From: Candidatus Omnitrophota bacterium
Lineage (GTDB): Bacteria > Omnitrophota > Gorgyraeia > Zapsychrales > JANLHA01
NCBI GenBank assembly: GCA_029560465.1
Contig: JAKQKX010000045.1
Span: 280,260 to 344,259 of the forward strand
Direction of reading: 5' to 3'
DNA: 64,000 nt
Under the pieces are notes generated by a model. That model did not search any database, was not told the origin of the DNA, and worked only from the letters and a program-made list of their open reading frames with translations. Shown in pieces: positions 19,309 through 30,192 of the stretch. The first letter of the stretch is position 1. Every line of letters starts with the position of its first letter. Position numbers and translations under genes: made by a program.

Positions 19309-19560
19309 TCATGCGATCTCGACCGTGACATGCTCAATATCATAACGTTCATCCGCCAACCGCCGCATCCGCTGGCAGATATGCCGGCGTTCTTCCACAG
19401 TCAACCCTTCTGTCACTCACCAGCCGGTGCATCCCGTATGTGCGGTGGCAGCAACCCGAACGGTTCGCCAGCATGATCGCCGACAAGCTGATAACGTATG
19501 GGTCAGCACATGGCCGGCGTCGCTGATAAGCACTGGGCGGCGCGCCGGGAGCCTTCCGGC
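19309..19560 (-). pseudogene. degraded cation-diffusion-facilitator (CzcD/ZitB-like) gene remnant
   Basis: Minus-strand fragments in different frames. PVLISDAGHVLTHTL matches the CDF TM2 metal-site motif (LLADAGHMLTD). RRLADERYDIEHVTVEIA-stop matches the CDF C-terminus (DHYQIEHATIQME). Only about 250 nt remain, frameshifted, of an expected ~900 nt. Confidence 0.4.
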
Positions 19561-19563
19561 CTG

Positions 19564-20130
19564 TCAGCTCGCGGCGAGCAGGTGTTCCATCAATATTTTT
19601 AAACCCATAAGAATGAGGGCACCCCCGCCCAACAATTCCAGATTGTTTTTAAATAGGCGTCCTATTTTATGACCCAGCAGGAACCCCCCATACGACAAAA
19701 CAAACGTGACGCAGCCTATCACAATAACGGGAAGAATAACCGCCACCCGAAGCATCGCAAAACTAAACCCGACAACCAACGCGTCGATGCTGGTCACCAA
19801 AGACAGTCCGGCCAAAACTTTTAAGCTGATAACCGGGCACCGCGCCTCCCACTCCTCAATCTTAACGGCCTCATAAATCATTTTCCCCCCGATGACGGAC
19901 AAAAGCCCGAATGCCAGCCAGTGGTCAACAGGGGCGACATACGGCTGCCAGCGCACCCCGGCCGCCCACCCGGCGACCGGCATAATCATCTGGGACAAGC
20001 CGAAGCTGGCCCCGAATTTAAACGCGTTAAAATGGCGTTCTTTCTGATTCACAACGCCGCAGGCCATCGACACCGCCAAAGCATCCATAGAAAGCCCGCA
20101 GGCAATAATAAATATTTCGGTAAACGTCAT
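19564..20130 (-). CDS. mntP: manganese efflux pump MntP
   Basis: MTFTEIFIIACGLSMDALAVSMACG..., a duplicated DUF204 repeat. The start overlaps the treY stop (ATGA). Confidence 0.85.
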   Translation of the reverse strand: MTFTEIFIIACGLSMDALAVSMACGVVNQKERHFNAFKFGASFGLSQMIMPVAGWAAGVRWQPYVAPVDHWLAFGLLSVIGGKMIYEAVKIEEWEARCPVISLKVLAGLSLVTSIDALVVGFSFAMLRVAVILPVIVIGCVTFVLSYGGFLLGHKIGRLFKNNLELLGGGALILMGLKILMEHLLAAS

Positions 20131-22943
20131 AACGTCCCGCTCAACAAAGCCACCGGTAAAGAATTGAAAATATCCCGGAGAAACAACTTGCCGGGATTGT
20201 CCTTGTGTTGCCCCGTCAAAACATTCTGAAAGTCACGCGGACTGCCCGCCGGCATAATAACATGGGTATTCTGCCAGGCCTGTTCCCCCAAAGGCATGGA
20301 ATCCGGCCCGCAGACACGGGTTAAAAACCGCGGCGCCACGGTCACGCTCCAAGCCCCGTCAAGAACCCTGGCAAACGCGATCACGCTATCCGCGTGATGG
20401 CCCGCCGAGGAGAGCGGGAGATACTCTCCCTGCTCAAAAACGGCCCTCCGCCGACCCCGTTCCTTTAACACCGTCCAAATCATCCACAATTTGATTTTTC
20501 CCGTGCTGCTTTCAAAAAGCAGGTCTCGGGACACGGCCTCCCTCCCCCGAACTCCGGCCTCCTGTTCGATTTCCCGAAGGAAGGCTTCCCGGCGGTCAAA
20601 ATCAACGTCCCTGCGGTTATCCGGATCCACGAGCCAGAGGTCCCACAATTCCGACCCTTGATAAAAATCCGGAATTCCCGGGCACGTCATTTTAAGCAAA
20701 CATTGGGACAAAGAATTAAAAACGCCGTAATGCGCGATGCGCCGCTGAAACTCCAGGAAATCCGGCCAGAACGGATCCGGCCCCTTGTCATCAAGAAGCC
20801 TGTCCACAAAGTCCAGGCACGCGGCCTCATACTCGCTGTCCGGCTTGATCCAGGCGGTATGCACTTTCGCTTCCCTCACCGCCTTGATGACATACGCCTT
20901 CATCCGCGCTTTGAAAAAATCCATGTCCAGCGGGGCGAACGGAAACGCACCCAACAGGGTCTGGTAAATAAAATATTCATCATTCGCATCCGGGATCAGC
21001 CGCCCGCCCTGCTTATGTTTCTTAGCCCGGTTCCATTTTCTCCACCGGGCCAAAGCCTCTTCCCAGTCCTCAGGGATTTCAGACAGGACATGAATCCGGG
21101 CCCGGACATCCTCGCCCCTTTTAACGTCATGGGTGGCCGTCGCGTTCATCGCATGAGGGAACATGCCCTGGCGTTTCTGGTTAAAATCATGAAAATCGTT
21201 GAGCGAAAGCCCGAACAGCCCGGGGTCTCCGCCGACCTCATTCAAGGCGATCAACCTATTGTAGGTATAAAACATCGTGTCCTCAAACCCTTTGGCCATG
21301 ATCGGGGCGGTCAACTGCTGGAACTTCATGATAAATTGCCAGAAATCGTCTTGTTCTTCCGGGCTGAGTTGCGGGATCACATCCAACATTAAAAAACGTT
21401 CAATAAAATAAATTTCATACCACAACCCCGGCGCGTTCCAGCCGGCTTTCTTGATAGCCCGGCCGATCATTTTTTTATCCTGTTCGGAAAAAACGTCCCG
21501 GCGGATATACGTCCGGTAAACCGGGAAATAACTCATCAGTTCCACAAGGGCTCGCCGGAGCCCGTAAAGGGTGATGTCCCGGCCGTACCGGTCCCGGCTC
21601 GCCACTTTTTTCATCAAATACGCAAGGTTGTCGATGTCTCCGGCCATGTGTTTGCCGATGATGAGGCGTTTCTTGGCCACGACCAGCTCTTCGTAAGTCC
21701 CGGCCGGCTTGGTAAACCGGGAGTATATTTTGTTAAACTCTTTTTCCTCGGCGCGGCAGCAGAACACCCCGTTGACGGCGTTCAAGAAATCATAGCCGGT
21801 TGTCCCGGCCACCGGCCAGTCGGCAGGCAAGGTTTCCCCTCGTGAAAGGATCTTCTCCACCGAGATATAAACCGCGCTTCCAGCCTTCTGCCGGACCCTG
21901 TGCACATATCCCAGCGGGTCATAAAGCCCGTCGATATGATCAACGCGCAGGCCGTGCACATGGCCTTCTTTAACCAATTTCAGGATAAACGCGTGCGTGG
22001 CGTCAAAGACATCCGGCTTTTCAACCCGGACGGAAATCAGGTCATTCACCGTGAAGAACCGGCGGTAATTCAATTCCTCTGAAGCGACTTTCCAGAAGGA
22101 AAAACGGAAACACTGCTCCAGGAGAAGCTCATCCAAAGCCTGAAAGCTCTTCACGTCCCCCCGGCAGCCATTCATCATCCGGATATTCTCATCCAGGAAA
22201 GCTTTGATCGCCGGAACCGCCGCGTAAAGTTCCCAGAGGGAATTCTTCGCAAACGCCAGGCGGTCGTATCCGTCGAGTTCTTCGGGAGGCCTTGAAAAAA
22301 GGTCGGCCACTCCACAATACTTGGTCATCTCCTCCGAGCCCTTTCCCAAAGCGTCCTCCAGGCGGCCCAAATCGCACATCAACACCTTTTTATAAGAGGA
22401 ATAATATAAAGGGAAACTGTGGTCGTAATACCGCAGCTTGAATCCGTCCTGCGCATAAGACAGTTGAATTTCCCCCTCTTCCAGGGCTTCGGAATAAAAC
22501 CGCCCTAAAAACGGCGCCAGGATCCGGCCATGAAGATTTTCATAAATATGCGCCCAATTCACGTCAAAAAAATTGTAGTAAAGCGAGTGTCCCCTCTTTT
22601 CAAAAACGTCCATCAATAAACGGTTTTCCGGGTCATAGGCCATATGATTAGGGACGATATCCTGAATCCAGAACAACCCGTGCCTTTGCCTCTCCTGGGA
22701 AAGCGCCGCGAAGTCCGCGTCCGTTCCCAGTTCAGGATTCAGGCTGTTGGGGTCAACAACATCATAGCCGTGCGGGCTCCCTTTCCTAGCTTTAAAAATC
22801 GGAGAGGCGTACAGGTCGGAAATCCCTAGCCCGGCCAGATAGGCCAGCCGGGCCCGCGCAGCGGAAAACCCGAACGAAGGGGTAAACTGCAATCTGTACG
22901 TCGCCACAGGGATGTGCGGGCCAGCGGGGACATCAGGTTTCAT
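20127..22943 (-). CDS. treY: malto-oligosyltrehalose synthase TreY
   Basis: 938 aa. YRLQFTPSFGFSAARARLAYLAGLGISDLYASPIF N-terminus typical of TreY (GH13_26). Confidence 0.9.
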   Translation of the reverse strand: MKPDVPAGPHIPVATYRLQFTPSFGFSAARARLAYLAGLGISDLYASPIFKARKGSPHGYDVVDPNSLNPELGTDADFAALSQERQRHGLFWIQDIVPNHMAYDPENRLLMDVFEKRGHSLYYNFFDVNWAHIYENLHGRILAPFLGRFYSEALEEGEIQLSYAQDGFKLRYYDHSFPLYYSSYKKVLMCDLGRLEDALGKGSEEMTKYCGVADLFSRPPEELDGYDRLAFAKNSLWELYAAVPAIKAFLDENIRMMNGCRGDVKSFQALDELLLEQCFRFSFWKVASEELNYRRFFTVNDLISVRVEKPDVFDATHAFILKLVKEGHVHGLRVDHIDGLYDPLGYVHRVRQKAGSAVYISVEKILSRGETLPADWPVAGTTGYDFLNAVNGVFCCRAEEKEFNKIYSRFTKPAGTYEELVVAKKRLIIGKHMAGDIDNLAYLMKKVASRDRYGRDITLYGLRRALVELMSYFPVYRTYIRRDVFSEQDKKMIGRAIKKAGWNAPGLWYEIYFIERFLMLDVIPQLSPEEQDDFWQFIMKFQQLTAPIMAKGFEDTMFYTYNRLIALNEVGGDPGLFGLSLNDFHDFNQKRQGMFPHAMNATATHDVKRGEDVRARIHVLSEIPEDWEEALARWRKWNRAKKHKQGGRLIPDANDEYFIYQTLLGAFPFAPLDMDFFKARMKAYVIKAVREAKVHTAWIKPDSEYEAACLDFVDRLLDDKGPDPFWPDFLEFQRRIAHYGVFNSLSQCLLKMTCPGIPDFYQGSELWDLWLVDPDNRRDVDFDRREAFLREIEQEAGVRGREAVSRDLLFESSTGKIKLWMIWTVLKERGRRRAVFEQGEYLPLSSAGHHADSVIAFARVLDGAWSVTVAPRFLTRVCGPDSMPLGEQAWQNTHVIMPAGSPRDFQNVLTGQHKDNPGKLFLRDIFNSLPVALLSGTL

Positions 22944-24805
22944 GGATGATCCTCCCGATTTTCTGCTTCGTCTTCTCGTCTTTCATAAATAATAAATTGC
23001 CAAGGCCTCAAGGCCAAGGCCTCATGACTGGCGCCGAAGAACTCTTGCGGGGCTGAAGATCCCGGCCCCTGCCACACCATATCAGAGGAATCCAGCTTCT
23101 TGAAGAAACAGCCGGCCGCCCCGGCCTCTTGCGGGGAAACAATTTCTTCCCGCGCTGAAAAATTCATGAAGCAGACAACCCTGCTCTCCTGGGAACTCCG
23201 CACAAGTTGAAGAACGCGCCCGGCAAGGCCAAAAACGGACACGGCCTTCTTGTCGCATTCGCGCAAAGCCGGGACTGTTTTCCGGATTTGAATCAACGCC
23301 TGATAAAAACGAAACATGACCGCGTGACGGCCCACCGAAACCGTGTCCCACCGCAGCCTGGAACGGACGAAGGTGTCTTCGCTCTGTGGATCAGGGACCT
23401 CCCCCCGCCATTGGAAAGCGGCAAACTCTTTTTGCCGCCCTTCCTGAACAGCCCGGATCAGGCTATCGTCGGAATGGCTGACAAAATACTGAAACGGCGC
23501 CTCTTCGGCGTATTCCTCCCCCATAAAAAAGAACGGGATATACGGAGCGGCGCACACCGCCCCCGCCGCGAGTTTAGCCGCCTCAAAAGAAGCCAAATGG
23601 CAAAGCCTCTCCCCCCCCATGCGGTTGCCCACCTGGTCATGGTTCTGCGAGAAAACGACAAATTTATGGCCGGGGATCTCAAGGGACGGGCTCCCGAAAT
23701 ATTTTTTCCGGAATACGGAATATTTCCAGGAATACACGAACCCTTCCCGATAGGCTTTAATCAGGTCTTCCATCCGCCCGAAATCACGGTAATAACCCGA
23801 CTCTTCCCCGGTCACCAGCGCGTGCAGGGCGTGATGGAAATCATCGCACCACTGGGCGTGCATGCCGCACCCGCGCGCGGAAATATCCTCAACAAGGCGC
23901 GTGTCATTAAGATCGCTTTCCGCGATCAGATAAAACGGCCGGCCCGCTTGAGCGGAAAAGGCGTCGAGATGTTCGCGGATTTCCCGGAGAATCGGTTTCG
24001 CGCTGCGGTCATAAATCCCGTGAACCGCGTCCAGGCGCAAGGCGTCCACGTGAAACTCCTTAAACCAGTAAAGCGCGTTACAGATAAAATAGTTCCGCAC
24101 CCCGTCGCTGTCTTCACCGTCAAAATTAACGGCGTCCCCCCAAGGGGTCTGATACCGTCCAGTAAAATAAGGCCCGAACTGCCCCAGATAATTCCCCTCC
24201 GGGCCGAGGTGGTTGTAGACCACGTCGAGGATAACAGCCAGGCCCCGGGCGTGGCATGCGTCAACGAAACGCTTCAAGCCATCAGGCCCGCCGTAACTGG
24301 ACTGCACGGCAAACGGATAAACCCCGTCGTAACCCCAGTTCCTTCCTCCCGGGAACTGCGCGACCGGCATGATCTCAACGGCATTCACCCCTAAATCCAA
24401 AAGATGCGGCAGACGCTTGATGACGCCGTCAAACGTGCCTTCCGGGGAAAACGCGCCGACGTGCAGTTCATAAATAAACATATCCTTGAGCCCGACAAGC
24501 GCCCAGCCCGCGTCACGCCAAGGGAACCCCGCATGGTCCCACACTGCGGACGGGCCATGGACACCCGAGGGCTGGTAAAAGGAGGCCGGGTCCGGCCATG
24601 CCTGGTTTTGATTCATAAGATATTTATAACTCGTCCCCGGAGGCACGCCCTCCACGGTCGCGGCCCAGTAACCGCGGCCTTCCTTCCTCAGAGGAACGGT
24701 CTTTTTGTCCGGAGCGGCCAGCATCACGCTGACACCGTCCTGCCGCGGGGCCCAGACCCGGAACAGACACCGGCCTTCCCCCTGATACAAAGCGCCGATA
24801 TCCAC
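22940..24805 (-). CDS. treZ: malto-oligosyltrehalose trehalohydrolase TreZ
   Basis: 621 aa GH13 protein with N-terminal CBM48-like domain. Catalytic regions GAVILDVVYNH and RLDAVH. Confidence 0.9.
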   Translation of the reverse strand: MDIGALYQGEGRCLFRVWAPRQDGVSVMLAAPDKKTVPLRKEGRGYWAATVEGVPPGTSYKYLMNQNQAWPDPASFYQPSGVHGPSAVWDHAGFPWRDAGWALVGLKDMFIYELHVGAFSPEGTFDGVIKRLPHLLDLGVNAVEIMPVAQFPGGRNWGYDGVYPFAVQSSYGGPDGLKRFVDACHARGLAVILDVVYNHLGPEGNYLGQFGPYFTGRYQTPWGDAVNFDGEDSDGVRNYFICNALYWFKEFHVDALRLDAVHGIYDRSAKPILREIREHLDAFSAQAGRPFYLIAESDLNDTRLVEDISARGCGMHAQWCDDFHHALHALVTGEESGYYRDFGRMEDLIKAYREGFVYSWKYSVFRKKYFGSPSLEIPGHKFVVFSQNHDQVGNRMGGERLCHLASFEAAKLAAGAVCAAPYIPFFFMGEEYAEEAPFQYFVSHSDDSLIRAVQEGRQKEFAAFQWRGEVPDPQSEDTFVRSRLRWDTVSVGRHAVMFRFYQALIQIRKTVPALRECDKKAVSVFGLAGRVLQLVRSSQESRVVCFMNFSAREEIVSPQEAGAAGCFFKKLDSSDMVWQGPGSSAPQEFFGASHEALALRPWQFIIYERREDEAENREDHP

Positions 24806-24808
24806 GGG

Positions 24809-26755
24809 TCAAACACTCCTCTTTAAAAAAAGCGCGGCTAACGGCGGGATAATCAGGGACAGAGAAAAATATTTCCCCTGCAGGGGGACCGGAGCCGCTT
24901 CCTGGCCGCCAAGATTCCCGTGGCCGCTGCCTCCATATTCTTTAGCGTCGCTGTTTAAAACTTCCCTCCAGAATCCACCCATCGGAATACCCACCTTATA
25001 GTTATTCCGGAGAACTGGCGTAAAATTGCACACAACAAGGACCGGCTCTGCCTGCGCGTCCCCTTTCCGTAGAAAACTGATCACCCCGCGTTCCCAGTCA
25101 AAGCAGTTCACCCACTCAAACCCGTCCGGTGAAAAATCATTCTGGAACAACGCCGGCTCGGTTTTATAAAAATAATTCAGCTCCTTGACCCAGCGCTGAA
25201 GCTGCTGATGGGGCGGCACCGCGCACAGGGCCCAATCCAGCTCGTCCTCATGGTCCCATTCCTTGCGCTGCCCGAACTCTCCGCCCATAAAAAGCAGCTT
25301 CTTCCCGGGATGGCCGGCCATGTACCCGTACAACAGCCTCAAATTGGCAAATTTCTGCCAGTCGTCACCGGGCATCTTTTCCAGCATGGACCTTTTTCCG
25401 TGCACGACTTCATCATGCGAAAAAGCCAGGATAAAATTTTCGCTGAACGCGTACATCATGCTGAACGTCAACTGGTGATGGTGGTATTTCCTAAACAGGG
25501 GGTCCTTGCTGAAATACAGCAATGTGTCATGCATCCACCCCATGTTCCATTTAAAACCAAACCCCAGCCCTCCGACCCAAACCGGGCGGGACACCATGGG
25601 CCAGGCTGTTGATTCTTCCGCGATGACGTGCGTGTCCGGATAGTGCTTATAGACCTCCACATTAAGCCGTTTGATGAAATCGATCGCTTCGATGTTCTCC
25701 CTCCCACCGTACTGATTGGGGATCCATTCCCCTTCCGGTCGGGAATAATCCAGATACAGCATCGAGGCCACGGCGTCAACCCGGAGGATGTCGGCATGAT
25801 ACCTGTCCAGCCAAAACAAAGCGCTGCTGACCAGGAAACTCCGGGTTTCATGCCGGCCGTAATTAAATATAAAAGTCTTCCAGTCCGGGTGGAAACCTTT
25901 TCTCGGATCCGCGTGCTCGAAAAGATTCGTGCCGTCGAAGAAAGCCAGGCCGTGGCCGTCGGATGGAAAATGAGACGGGACCCAGTCCAGGATGACCCCG
26001 AAGCCGCTCTGATGCAACCTGTCTATCAAAAACATTAAATCCTGCGGAACCCCATACCGGCTGGTCGGTGCGAAATACCCGATGGTCTGATACCCCCATG
26101 ACCCGTAAAAAGGGTGTTCCATGAGAGGCAAGAATTCGACATGCGTGAAATTCATATCCTTTAAATATTGGATCAAGGGCCCGGCTATTTCCCTGTAATG
26201 GAGGAAACGGTTATTCTCCTCCGGCACGCGGCGCCAGGACCCGATGTGCATTTCATAAACAGAAATCGGCGCTTGAAGGGAATTAGCCCGCCCGCGATAA
26301 GCCATCCAGCCGCCGTCCTCCCATGGATAGCCGAGATCCCAGACGATAGACGCGGTCCGGGGCGGAATTTCCGAATAAAAAGCGAACGGGTCGCGCTTTT
26401 CCGTCCGGTAAGCGTTGATTTTGGAAACAATACAATATTTATACAAAGCGCCCTGCCCCACGCCCGGGATGAAACCCTCCCATATCCCGGAGCTGTCCCA
26501 CCGCGGGGCCAGCGGATGGCTGGATTCATTCCAGCCGTTGAAATCCCCGATCACCGACACCCGCTGGGCGTTCGGCGCCCAGACCGCAAACAGGGTCCCC
26601 GGAGTGCCCTGATCGCACAATGAATGCGCTCCCAATTTTTCGTAAAGGCGGAAATGGCTGCCTTCCCGGAACAAATAAATATCCTCATCGGTGAGCAGGC
26701 TTATGCCATACCGGGGCTCACCGGACGGAATGCCTTCCGCAGAAAACTTTTCCAT
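24809..26755 (-). CDS. glgB: 1,4-alpha-glucan branching enzyme GlgB
   Basis: 648 aa GH13_9. Motifs GWDSSGIWEGFIPG, ILDWVPSHF and LRVDAVASMLY. Confidence 0.9.
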   Translation of the reverse strand: MEKFSAEGIPSGEPRYGISLLTDEDIYLFREGSHFRLYEKLGAHSLCDQGTPGTLFAVWAPNAQRVSVIGDFNGWNESSHPLAPRWDSSGIWEGFIPGVGQGALYKYCIVSKINAYRTEKRDPFAFYSEIPPRTASIVWDLGYPWEDGGWMAYRGRANSLQAPISVYEMHIGSWRRVPEENNRFLHYREIAGPLIQYLKDMNFTHVEFLPLMEHPFYGSWGYQTIGYFAPTSRYGVPQDLMFLIDRLHQSGFGVILDWVPSHFPSDGHGLAFFDGTNLFEHADPRKGFHPDWKTFIFNYGRHETRSFLVSSALFWLDRYHADILRVDAVASMLYLDYSRPEGEWIPNQYGGRENIEAIDFIKRLNVEVYKHYPDTHVIAEESTAWPMVSRPVWVGGLGFGFKWNMGWMHDTLLYFSKDPLFRKYHHHQLTFSMMYAFSENFILAFSHDEVVHGKRSMLEKMPGDDWQKFANLRLLYGYMAGHPGKKLLFMGGEFGQRKEWDHEDELDWALCAVPPHQQLQRWVKELNYFYKTEPALFQNDFSPDGFEWVNCFDWERGVISFLRKGDAQAEPVLVVCNFTPVLRNNYKVGIPMGGFWREVLNSDAKEYGGSGHGNLGGQEAAPVPLQGKYFSLSLIIPPLAALFLKRSV

Positions 26756-26802
26756 AACAAAGCTCCTCCCTCAACGAGCCACATCGTATAACCCGCAGGG
26801 CA

Positions 26803-29800
26803 TCACGGGCACGCCTGACTCCGCCCATCGCCCCGGCCTTTGCTCCTGCCCAAAATATGACGAATCCCACGCAAAGGAATGAGCACCCAGTCCGGACGGT
26901 TATTCAGTTCATACCCGAGTTCATACATCGCTTTATCAAGCAAAAAGACATCCAGAAGAGTATCCCGATCCACCTTTTTGCGCGGCAAAATCTGGGTTCC
27001 TTCCAGAGTTTCGAAATAGGACTCGAGAAAAATCTGGCTGACACGGGTATACCAGAAATCAGCACACCACTCCAGAAAAGCGAAATCTTCCTCCCGGACA
27101 GCTTCCTTAAAAAAAAGCGCACCATAAGCCGCGTAATGAAAAGACCGCAGCATCCCGGCCACGTCCCTGAGCGGCGAACGCTTAAGGCGCCGCTCGCTGA
27201 TCGGGCGGAGGAGCTCGCCTTCGAAGTCACTGATGACAAAATCCTTGCCCGTGAAAAGCACCTGCCCCAGATGGTAATCCCCGTGGATCCGGATCTTTTT
27301 AGCGGAAAACTTTGTTTTAAGGATTTGTTTAAACCGGGAATAAATCTGCGGTTCCTCCTCGATGATTGGAGTCGCTTCCCCCTGCGTTTCGACCGGGAGA
27401 TGGCCAATGATTTTTCTCAACAACTTCATCACGCCGCGGGCCTGACTGCCCATGCTTTGATAAACCGAGCGCTGGTAGAGCATTGAAAAGGATTCCGGCG
27501 TAAAATCCGGATGGGCATCCTCCCTGGAAAGGGCGGCGTGCATCTCCCCGGTGCGGCGGCCCAGCATCTGCACCATCTGCACGTACAACGCATCCACAAA
27601 CTCGCCGCATTTTCCCTCCAACAGGGAGGCCCCCTCTGGAGTGTCCGGGCTCTCCTTTAATCGTGCAATATCTTCTTTCCGGGTCAAAATCTTCTCGTAA
27701 AAATGGGTCACGTGATCCAGCGTCAACTGCCAGGCATCCCCCTGATTAGGCGTGTACGACTGCAACAATCCCAGCGTCATGGGTTTTCCTGTGGCAGGGA
27801 TGTACTCCATGGTCCCGGCAAAAGTCGCGATGTGTGGAAATTTGCGGGAAGAGAGATACTTGATCATTTCCGGTTCCGGGTTGATGCCCCCTTCCAGCCT
27901 CCGGAAAAGCTTAAAGTAAAATTTCTGTCCGTAAATCACGGACGTGTTGCTCTGCTCCGCCTTGAGCAACTGCGGAACCGGGGGAACAGACAGGTCCCCC
28001 AGCATGGCATGAAAGGCTTTCCCGGGGAGGAAATGGATCTCATTGTGATGGTGCCGCATCTTTCTTTTCTGCGTCATCCCATGCAAAAGTTCGGCTTGAA
28101 ACCGCTTATCATAAGTCGCATCACACAAATACCCCTTCTCCCCTTTCACAGAAAGAGGGATAATGACGCTCGCGGGGACATCTCGGGACAACGCCTCCCC
28201 TTCAGACGCCCTCAGATACGCCACGGGGAGGAAATAGACCGTTTCCTCCCCCGTGACATACTGGATCGCCAGAAAAAGCAGTTGCGCCTTCACAAAAGAG
28301 TTCGCCATCGGGATGCGCTCTATCACTTTCAATGAACGGATCTTAAGCGCTTTTCCGCCAAACCACCGGCAGGTATTCAGATAGGAAGGCAAAATTTCAT
28401 TTTCAAACCTCCGAAAATTTTTAGAATCAAAAAGGTCTTCCCAGGAATATTCAAGGACCATCTCTTTCTGCCCTTTATGCTTGCGGAATTCCAGCAGGGT
28501 TTCTGATTTCTTCAGCAGCAGCCAATAATGATTGTGCGGCCCCAACGTCAAAACATACGGCGCCTCTTTAATCGGCGGGAAAACATTCTGGCTAAAGACC
28601 TCTTCCGGCACGCAGCCGCTGAATTCTTTTAAATCGATCTCCAGGGATTGGGAAAACCGGGACAAATTAATCACCACAAGAATCCGTTCCGACTGATAAT
28701 GCCGGATGAACACCAGGACCTTATGGTTGTCCGGATGCAGGAATTTGATCCCCCCCCGGCTGAACGCCTTGAATTTACGGCGCATGGCCACGACCCGTTT
28801 CATCCACCATAACAGGGAGGACAGATTCCTTTCCTGCGTTTCCACGTTCACTGTTTCATAATGATATTCTGAATCAATGATGACCGGCAGGTACAGCTGC
28901 TGCGGATTCGTTTTTGAAAAGCCGGCATTGCGGTCCGGAGTCCACTGCATGGGGGTCCTAATGCCGTCCCGGTCGCCGAGATAATGGTTATCCCCCATGC
29001 CGATCTCGTCCCCGTAATAAATAATGGGCGTTCCAGGGAGCGAAAGAAGAAGAATGTTCATCAGCTCGATCTTCTTGCGGTCGTTCATCAGAAGAGGCAC
29101 CAGCCGGCGGCGGATCCCGAGATTAATACGCGCGCGGTCATCTTTAGCGAACGCCCGGTACATATAATCCCGCTCTTCATCCGTGACCATTTCCAGCGTC
29201 AATTCATCGTGGTTGCGCAGGAATATCGCCCATTGGCAGTTTCTGGGAATTTTGGGGGTCTGTTCCAAAATATCCATAATAGGGAAGCGGTCTTCCATCT
29301 GCAGCGCCATATACATCCGGGGCATCAGCGGGAAATGAAACGCCATGTGGCACTCATCCCCTTTGCCGAAATACGCCACAGCGTCCTCCGGCCACTGATT
29401 CGCCTCGGCCAGGAGCATCCTGTTTTTATGCCGGCTTTCCACATGTTTACGCAGCTTTTTTAAAAACGCGTACGTTTCCGGGACGTTCTCGCAAATGGTC
29501 CCCTCCCGTTCAAACAGGTATGGGACAGCGTCAAGGCGGACGCCGTCCACTCCCATCGAGAACCAAAAATCCGCCACCCGCAGAATTTCTTTCTGCACGT
29601 TCAGATTATCGAAATTCAAATCCGGCTGATGCGAATAAAACCGGTGCCAATAATAACTCTGGGCTTTTTCGTCCCACGTCCAATTCGAGGATTCGAAATC
29701 TTTAAAAATGATCCGCGCGTCCTTGTACTTATCTGCGGTGTCGCTCCAGACATAATAATTACGGAAATTGCTCCCCGGGGGAGCTTCCTGCGCCCGCTTA

Positions 29801-30159
29801 AACCAGGGATGCTCAATGGAGGTATGGTTCACGACCAGTTCGCTGATGACACGGAGGCCGCGCACATGGGCTTGCCGGAGGAATTCTTTAAAATCCTTCA
29901 GCGTTCCGTACTGGGGGTGAATATTGTAATAATCCGATATATCATACCCGTCGTCTTTTAACGGAGACGGGTAAAACGGCAGCAGCCAGATCGCCGTCAC
30001 TCCGAGATTTTTCAGGTAATCAAGCTTCGCCGTGAGGCCCCTCAAATCCCCAAAGCCGTCACCGTCACTGTCATAAAACGTCTTGACATGCAGTTGATAA
30101 ATAATAGCATCCTTGTACCATAACGGATCGTTATCAAGGTACGTTCTTGATAGGGGCAT
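26803..30159 (-). CDS. treS: trehalose synthase fused to maltokinase (TreS-Pep2/Mak)
   Basis: 1118 aa. N-terminal 600 aa is GH13 TreS (DAIIYQLHVKTFYDSDGDGFGD...LLPFYPSP). The C-terminal ~500 aa is a maltokinase-like aminoglycoside-phosphotransferase fold. Confidence 0.85.
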   Translation of the reverse strand: MPLSRTYLDNDPLWYKDAIIYQLHVKTFYDSDGDGFGDLRGLTAKLDYLKNLGVTAIWLLPFYPSPLKDDGYDISDYYNIHPQYGTLKDFKEFLRQAHVRGLRVISELVVNHTSIEHPWFKRAQEAPPGSNFRNYYVWSDTADKYKDARIIFKDFESSNWTWDEKAQSYYWHRFYSHQPDLNFDNLNVQKEILRVADFWFSMGVDGVRLDAVPYLFEREGTICENVPETYAFLKKLRKHVESRHKNRMLLAEANQWPEDAVAYFGKGDECHMAFHFPLMPRMYMALQMEDRFPIMDILEQTPKIPRNCQWAIFLRNHDELTLEMVTDEERDYMYRAFAKDDRARINLGIRRRLVPLLMNDRKKIELMNILLLSLPGTPIIYYGDEIGMGDNHYLGDRDGIRTPMQWTPDRNAGFSKTNPQQLYLPVIIDSEYHYETVNVETQERNLSSLLWWMKRVVAMRRKFKAFSRGGIKFLHPDNHKVLVFIRHYQSERILVVINLSRFSQSLEIDLKEFSGCVPEEVFSQNVFPPIKEAPYVLTLGPHNHYWLLLKKSETLLEFRKHKGQKEMVLEYSWEDLFDSKNFRRFENEILPSYLNTCRWFGGKALKIRSLKVIERIPMANSFVKAQLLFLAIQYVTGEETVYFLPVAYLRASEGEALSRDVPASVIIPLSVKGEKGYLCDATYDKRFQAELLHGMTQKRKMRHHHNEIHFLPGKAFHAMLGDLSVPPVPQLLKAEQSNTSVIYGQKFYFKLFRRLEGGINPEPEMIKYLSSRKFPHIATFAGTMEYIPATGKPMTLGLLQSYTPNQGDAWQLTLDHVTHFYEKILTRKEDIARLKESPDTPEGASLLEGKCGEFVDALYVQMVQMLGRRTGEMHAALSREDAHPDFTPESFSMLYQRSVYQSMGSQARGVMKLLRKIIGHLPVETQGEATPIIEEEPQIYSRFKQILKTKFSAKKIRIHGDYHLGQVLFTGKDFVISDFEGELLRPISERRLKRSPLRDVAGMLRSFHYAAYGALFFKEAVREEDFAFLEWCADFWYTRVSQIFLESYFETLEGTQILPRKKVDRDTLLDVFLLDKAMYELGYELNNRPDWVLIPLRGIRHILGRSKGRGDGRSQACP

Positions 30160-30192
30160 ACGCTTGTCCTTCCGTGTCGGATTTAAGGAGGA

